Source: Amoebophrya sp. A120
Taxonomy: Eukaryota; Protista; Dinoflagellata
Reading direction: 5' to 3'
Assembly (NCBI GenBank): GCA_905178155.1
Contig: CAJINV010000013.1
Span: forward strand, 362,344 to 426,343
Length of the DNA stretch: 64,000 nt
The translations under genes were made by a program, and so were the position numbers. The first letter of the stretch is position 1, and each line of letters starts with the position of its first letter. The notes beneath the pieces were generated by a model, which was given only the letters and a program-made list of their open reading frames with translations, had not been told where the DNA came from and made no database searches. This document shows positions 61,046 to 64,000 of this stretch, one piece after another.

Positions 61046-64000
61046 ATGCAGCTCGGCTACGAGGGCGAGGCGGTCCGGGAATTGGAGGTCCGGCGCGACG
61101 TTCTCGAGCGGGAACGTTCCTCAAAGATGCCTGCAGAGGACAAGTGGAAGTTGCTCGAGAGCGAGAGCGAGCACAATGCGAAACGGCAGAAGATTGACCC
61201 AGGTAAACTCGGGGGCCAGTCGATTCCTGCGCAACGTGTGGGCCGACGATATGAGCCGCGGCACGACGAGTGGTTCATCCAGTGGTGTGAGTCCAACAAG
61301 CGCGGCAAGCATGGCTGGAAAGAGAAGGCGTTGGCTGAGTTCAAGTTAGCATTCCCGGATTTCGATGAGGCGCAAGATGTGGCACGGATGAAATCCTGGG
61401 AGAAAGCGCTCGTGAAGAGTGGCAACCTTGAGAGGTCCCAGCACGGGAATCGCCGAGAGATGGCGGAGGCGCACAGCTTTCAGGCGCGGATAAGCCAGGC
61501 GTTGAAGGGCAAGAGCACCGCCGCGACCCGTTCTCCGGAGGCGCTGGCCAGAAAGATGGAGGGGTGGACGCCCGAGAAGCGTGCGGAGCTCTCAGAGCTG
61601 CTTCGCGGCGGAAGTATGCAAACGCTCTTAGTCTTGGGTGTCGACTCCTACACGTTGTTATCGTTGTACCTTCGAGCGCGGAAAATCGGAGGAGACACAT
61701 TGCATCAGTTTCTGCGTTTTTGCGCCACCGAAAAGCTGATTGGAAAAAAGGCCGCGGATGAGGCGGCTAACGCCGACACAGAATATTTGTATCTGTGCTT
61801 CGGTGAGCACCAGTGTGGAAACGCGGGATGCTGTTTGAATGCTCAGTGGTGCGTGCATCCAGGTCGGACAAACAACATTACGCGCAGGATGAAGGAACAT
61901 GTCACTGGCGGAGGACAGCGATTTCGAGATGACAGTTTCCAATGTGTGCAGCAGTTCAACTCGGGGGATCGAATTGCGACAGAGATAGGCGAGCGCCTGA
62001 TTCTTCGGAAATTTATCGAAGAGTTCGGCTTCCCGAAGGCCCATCTGGAGCACTTTGAATGCGGCTCCAAGGATGCAGACTTCGCGAAGCGGCTTTTTCA
62101 GAATGGTAAGAGGTGCCTCGACATTATCGAGCGCGAGGTGGATGCCGCTTCCGTCGACCAGTTGGCAGAGGGCTTCGATTCGGACTTGCACAACTTCAAG
62201 AAGCGACTGCCGAAATTTGTGGACGTGAGCTGGTTTACGGGCCAGCACGCGAGTCCTCCACTGGTGTCGTCCGCGGTGGCGTCAGCGTTCTCTGGCGCCT
62301 CGTCATCTGGTGCCTCGTCATCCAGCGTCTCGCCATCTGGTGCCTCGTCATCCAGTGGCTCGTCCTCTGGCGCTTCAGGATCGCCTTCGCTCAACTCTGG
62401 CGCTGTTCCGAGGAAAGTTCCGCCACCGAAGCTGGAGTCGATTTTGCGCCGTCCCCAGAAGGACATGTCCAAGGCATGTGCGGAGTCCGCGCGCACGAAA
62501 GTCTTAGCTGTCATGTGCTGCGGAGCAGGGAAAACATTGCTTTCTCTGTTCGAGATGTTGCAGCGCGGGCACGGCAAGCTGAACGTCGGGGTTTACCCGA
62601 AACTGCTTTTGATCGTGCAGCTCATTACAGACTATGTTGTCTGCGCGTCGAATTTCGGCTCGGATTTCGAAGCGGCCGTGCGAGCAGCGAAAATTCTGGT
62701 GGTGAGCTGCCAGGATACAGGCGACATCCTTAGCGCAATCGAAAACGATGAGGACTGCGCGAAGCATCGCGACACCATGGAAAAGCAGGCATTGAACGAG
62801 GGCTTAATAACTGGAGCTGGAGAAGGCGACTGGAAGAGTCTGGTGCTGAGCTACATCAAAGTGGATGCGGCATCTACAGAGGAATTTGCAGGTGAATGCG
62901 GAACGCGAATCGTCCTGACCACGTATTTCTCCTTCGGGAAGGTGCATGAGGTGGTCACGACCCTAGGTGTTGCAGTCGGGCGCCTCATTCTCGATGAAGC
63001 CCACTGGGTCTGCGGCAGCCGAGCACAGAAGCTCATCTTCAACGACATCCTCCAGTGCCTGTGCGATAGAATCATTTTCTTGACGGGCACTCCGGTGCAA
63101 CGAAACGGGATCAAAATGATAGAGGACTGCGGTTACATGCCGAAACCATACCTTTACAACAGCGCTATAGAGGACGGTATTTGCTGTCGGATCGAGCCTG
63201 TCGTCGCGCAGATGGAGAAGCCGCCAAGGTATCTGGCGAGCATTCGGCAGACTGCAGCCCAAAACGGATTGGACGAGGAGGCATGCGATATTCTGGACGG
63301 GATCATTCGCACTATTCTGAGAAAAGCGAACGTACGTACCGCATGGAATATTGTGCTGTATCACCAGTTCGGATCGACGAAGCGTCCCACGTTGACAAGT
63401 AAGTCCGTTGCAAATAGAGTAATCGTGGAGAAGCGTGGCACAAGTCCAGAAGCCCCGGTGAAGCGCGTTTCGCAGCAGTATTTCAGTGCTGCGCTTGAGC
63501 TCATCCAAACGAACGAATTTGGCAGCAACACCTTCAAATTCAAGGGAGAAGACGCACAATTGGCGTGTATCGCGCGGCGCCCGCCTTCGCTCCCAGATGA
63601 CGCTCCCGAGGACGATTGCTACTATCCGAAGCCCGAAGACGAGCAGAAGTACCGAAAGCGGTTCTGCGTCGCGCCAAGGCCAGGCCAAATTTCGCTGGTC
63701 ACAAACTGCAAGGTGTGGGAGGAAGGAACTGACGTACCATATGCAAATATGATGGTTCCAGTGACACCGAGCAGGAGTTTCAAAACGGAAACGCAGCGGC
63801 AGATGCGAGCCTGTCGGAGGCGGGACGACGACGATGGTCACCCAGCTGTCATTCTGTTTCTGGCTGAGCGCGGGTCACAGCTTCGCCCGCCAGACAATCA
63901 GGCTCAGAGTAACCTCTTCCGCTCCGACGACTTCCTCCAGAAAGCTCTTGGTCCGAGAAAAACGGCCCTGATAGCGGTTCTGTCGCTGTTATACCTCCAG
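61046..64000 (+). CDS. Intronless GIY-YIG (T5orf172-like) nuclease fused to a ResIII/type-ISP-like SF2 helicase, >=985 aa, 3'-incomplete
   Basis: Hand translation from ATG 61046 shows no stop before the window end. Motifs: HSFQARISQALKGK (NUMOD3-like, ~61472); EYLY...HPGRTNNITRRMKEH...EIGERLILRKF...EHF (61781-62060); MCCGAGKT (62513); TTYFS; ILDEAH (DEAH at 62993); FLTGTP; NCKVWEEGTDVP; QRQMRACR. Confidence 0.85.
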   Translation, partial: MQLGYEGEAVRELEVRRDVLERERSSKMPAEDKWKLLESESEHNAKRQKIDPGKLGGQSIPAQRVGRRYEPRHDEWFIQWCESNKRGKHGWKEKALAEFKLAFPDFDEAQDVARMKSWEKALVKSGNLERSQHGNRREMAEAHSFQARISQALKGKSTAATRSPEALARKMEGWTPEKRAELSELLRGGSMQTLLVLGVDSYTLLSLYLRARKIGGDTLHQFLRFCATEKLIGKKAADEAANADTEYLYLCFGEHQCGNAGCCLNAQWCVHPGRTNNITRRMKEHVTGGGQRFRDDSFQCVQQFNSGDRIATEIGERLILRKFIEEFGFPKAHLEHFECGSKDADFAKRLFQNGKRCLDIIEREVDAASVDQLAEGFDSDLHNFKKRLPKFVDVSWFTGQHASPPLVSSAVASAFSGASSSGASSSSVSPSGASSSSGSSSGASGSPSLNSGAVPRKVPPPKLESILRRPQKDMSKACAESARTKVLAVMCCGAGKTLLSLFEMLQRGHGKLNVGVYPKLLLIVQLITDYVVCASNFGSDFEAAVRAAKILVVSCQDTGDILSAIENDEDCAKHRDTMEKQALNEGLITGAGEGDWKSLVLSYIKVDAASTEEFAGECGTRIVLTTYFSFGKVHEVVTTLGVAVGRLILDEAHWVCGSRAQKLIFNDILQCLCDRIIFLTGTPVQRNGIKMIEDCGYMPKPYLYNSAIEDGICCRIEPVVAQMEKPPRYLASIRQTAAQNGLDEEACDILDGIIRTILRKANVRTAWNIVLYHQFGSTKRPTLTSKSVANRVIVEKRGTSPEAPVKRVSQQYFSAALELIQTNEFGSNTFKFKGEDAQLACIARRPPSLPDDAPEDDCYYPKPEDEQKYRKRFCVAPRPGQISLVTNCKVWEEGTDVPYANMMVPVTPSRSFKTETQRQMRACRRRDDDDGHPAVILFLAERGSQLRPPDNQAQSNLFRSDDFLQKALGPRKTALIAVLSLLYLQ

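Noticed and set aside
61046-64000. Penelope-like retroelement (GIY-YIG near telomere-like repeats)
   Set aside because: No reverse transcriptase is present in the visible part, and the partner domain is an SF2 helicase.
1-64000. Dinoflagellate spliced-leader relics and tRNA genes
   Set aside because: No match to CCGTAGCCATTTTGGCTCAAG and no convincing cloverleaf were seen by eye; a computational scan was not possible.

Overview
This is intron-rich eukaryotic nuclear DNA, not bacterial. About 13 protein-coding genes all lie on the + strand. Most introns lack GT-AG ends. This fits a syndinian dinoflagellate such as Amoebophrya (inference). Recognisable genes are an acyltransferase-3/SGNH O-acetyltransferase (9470-13814), a 3x dsRBD plus Upf1-like SF1 helicase (15390-~23300), a PIP kinase (~28610-32761) and a 5'-truncated RTE-like LINE (26823-27863). 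An intronless NUMOD3-like/GIY-YIG/SF2-helicase ORF starts at 61046 and runs off the window, so the ORF track misses it. The main signal is about 20 introns of 190-340 bp that look like MITEs, with TA...TA terminal inverted repeats and a 5-bp target duplication. Removing the element plus 5 nt restores the reading frame and, where one can be checked, a conserved motif. One family sits in both orientations inside same-strand genes. All alignments and frame checks were done by eye and arithmetic; no searches were run.
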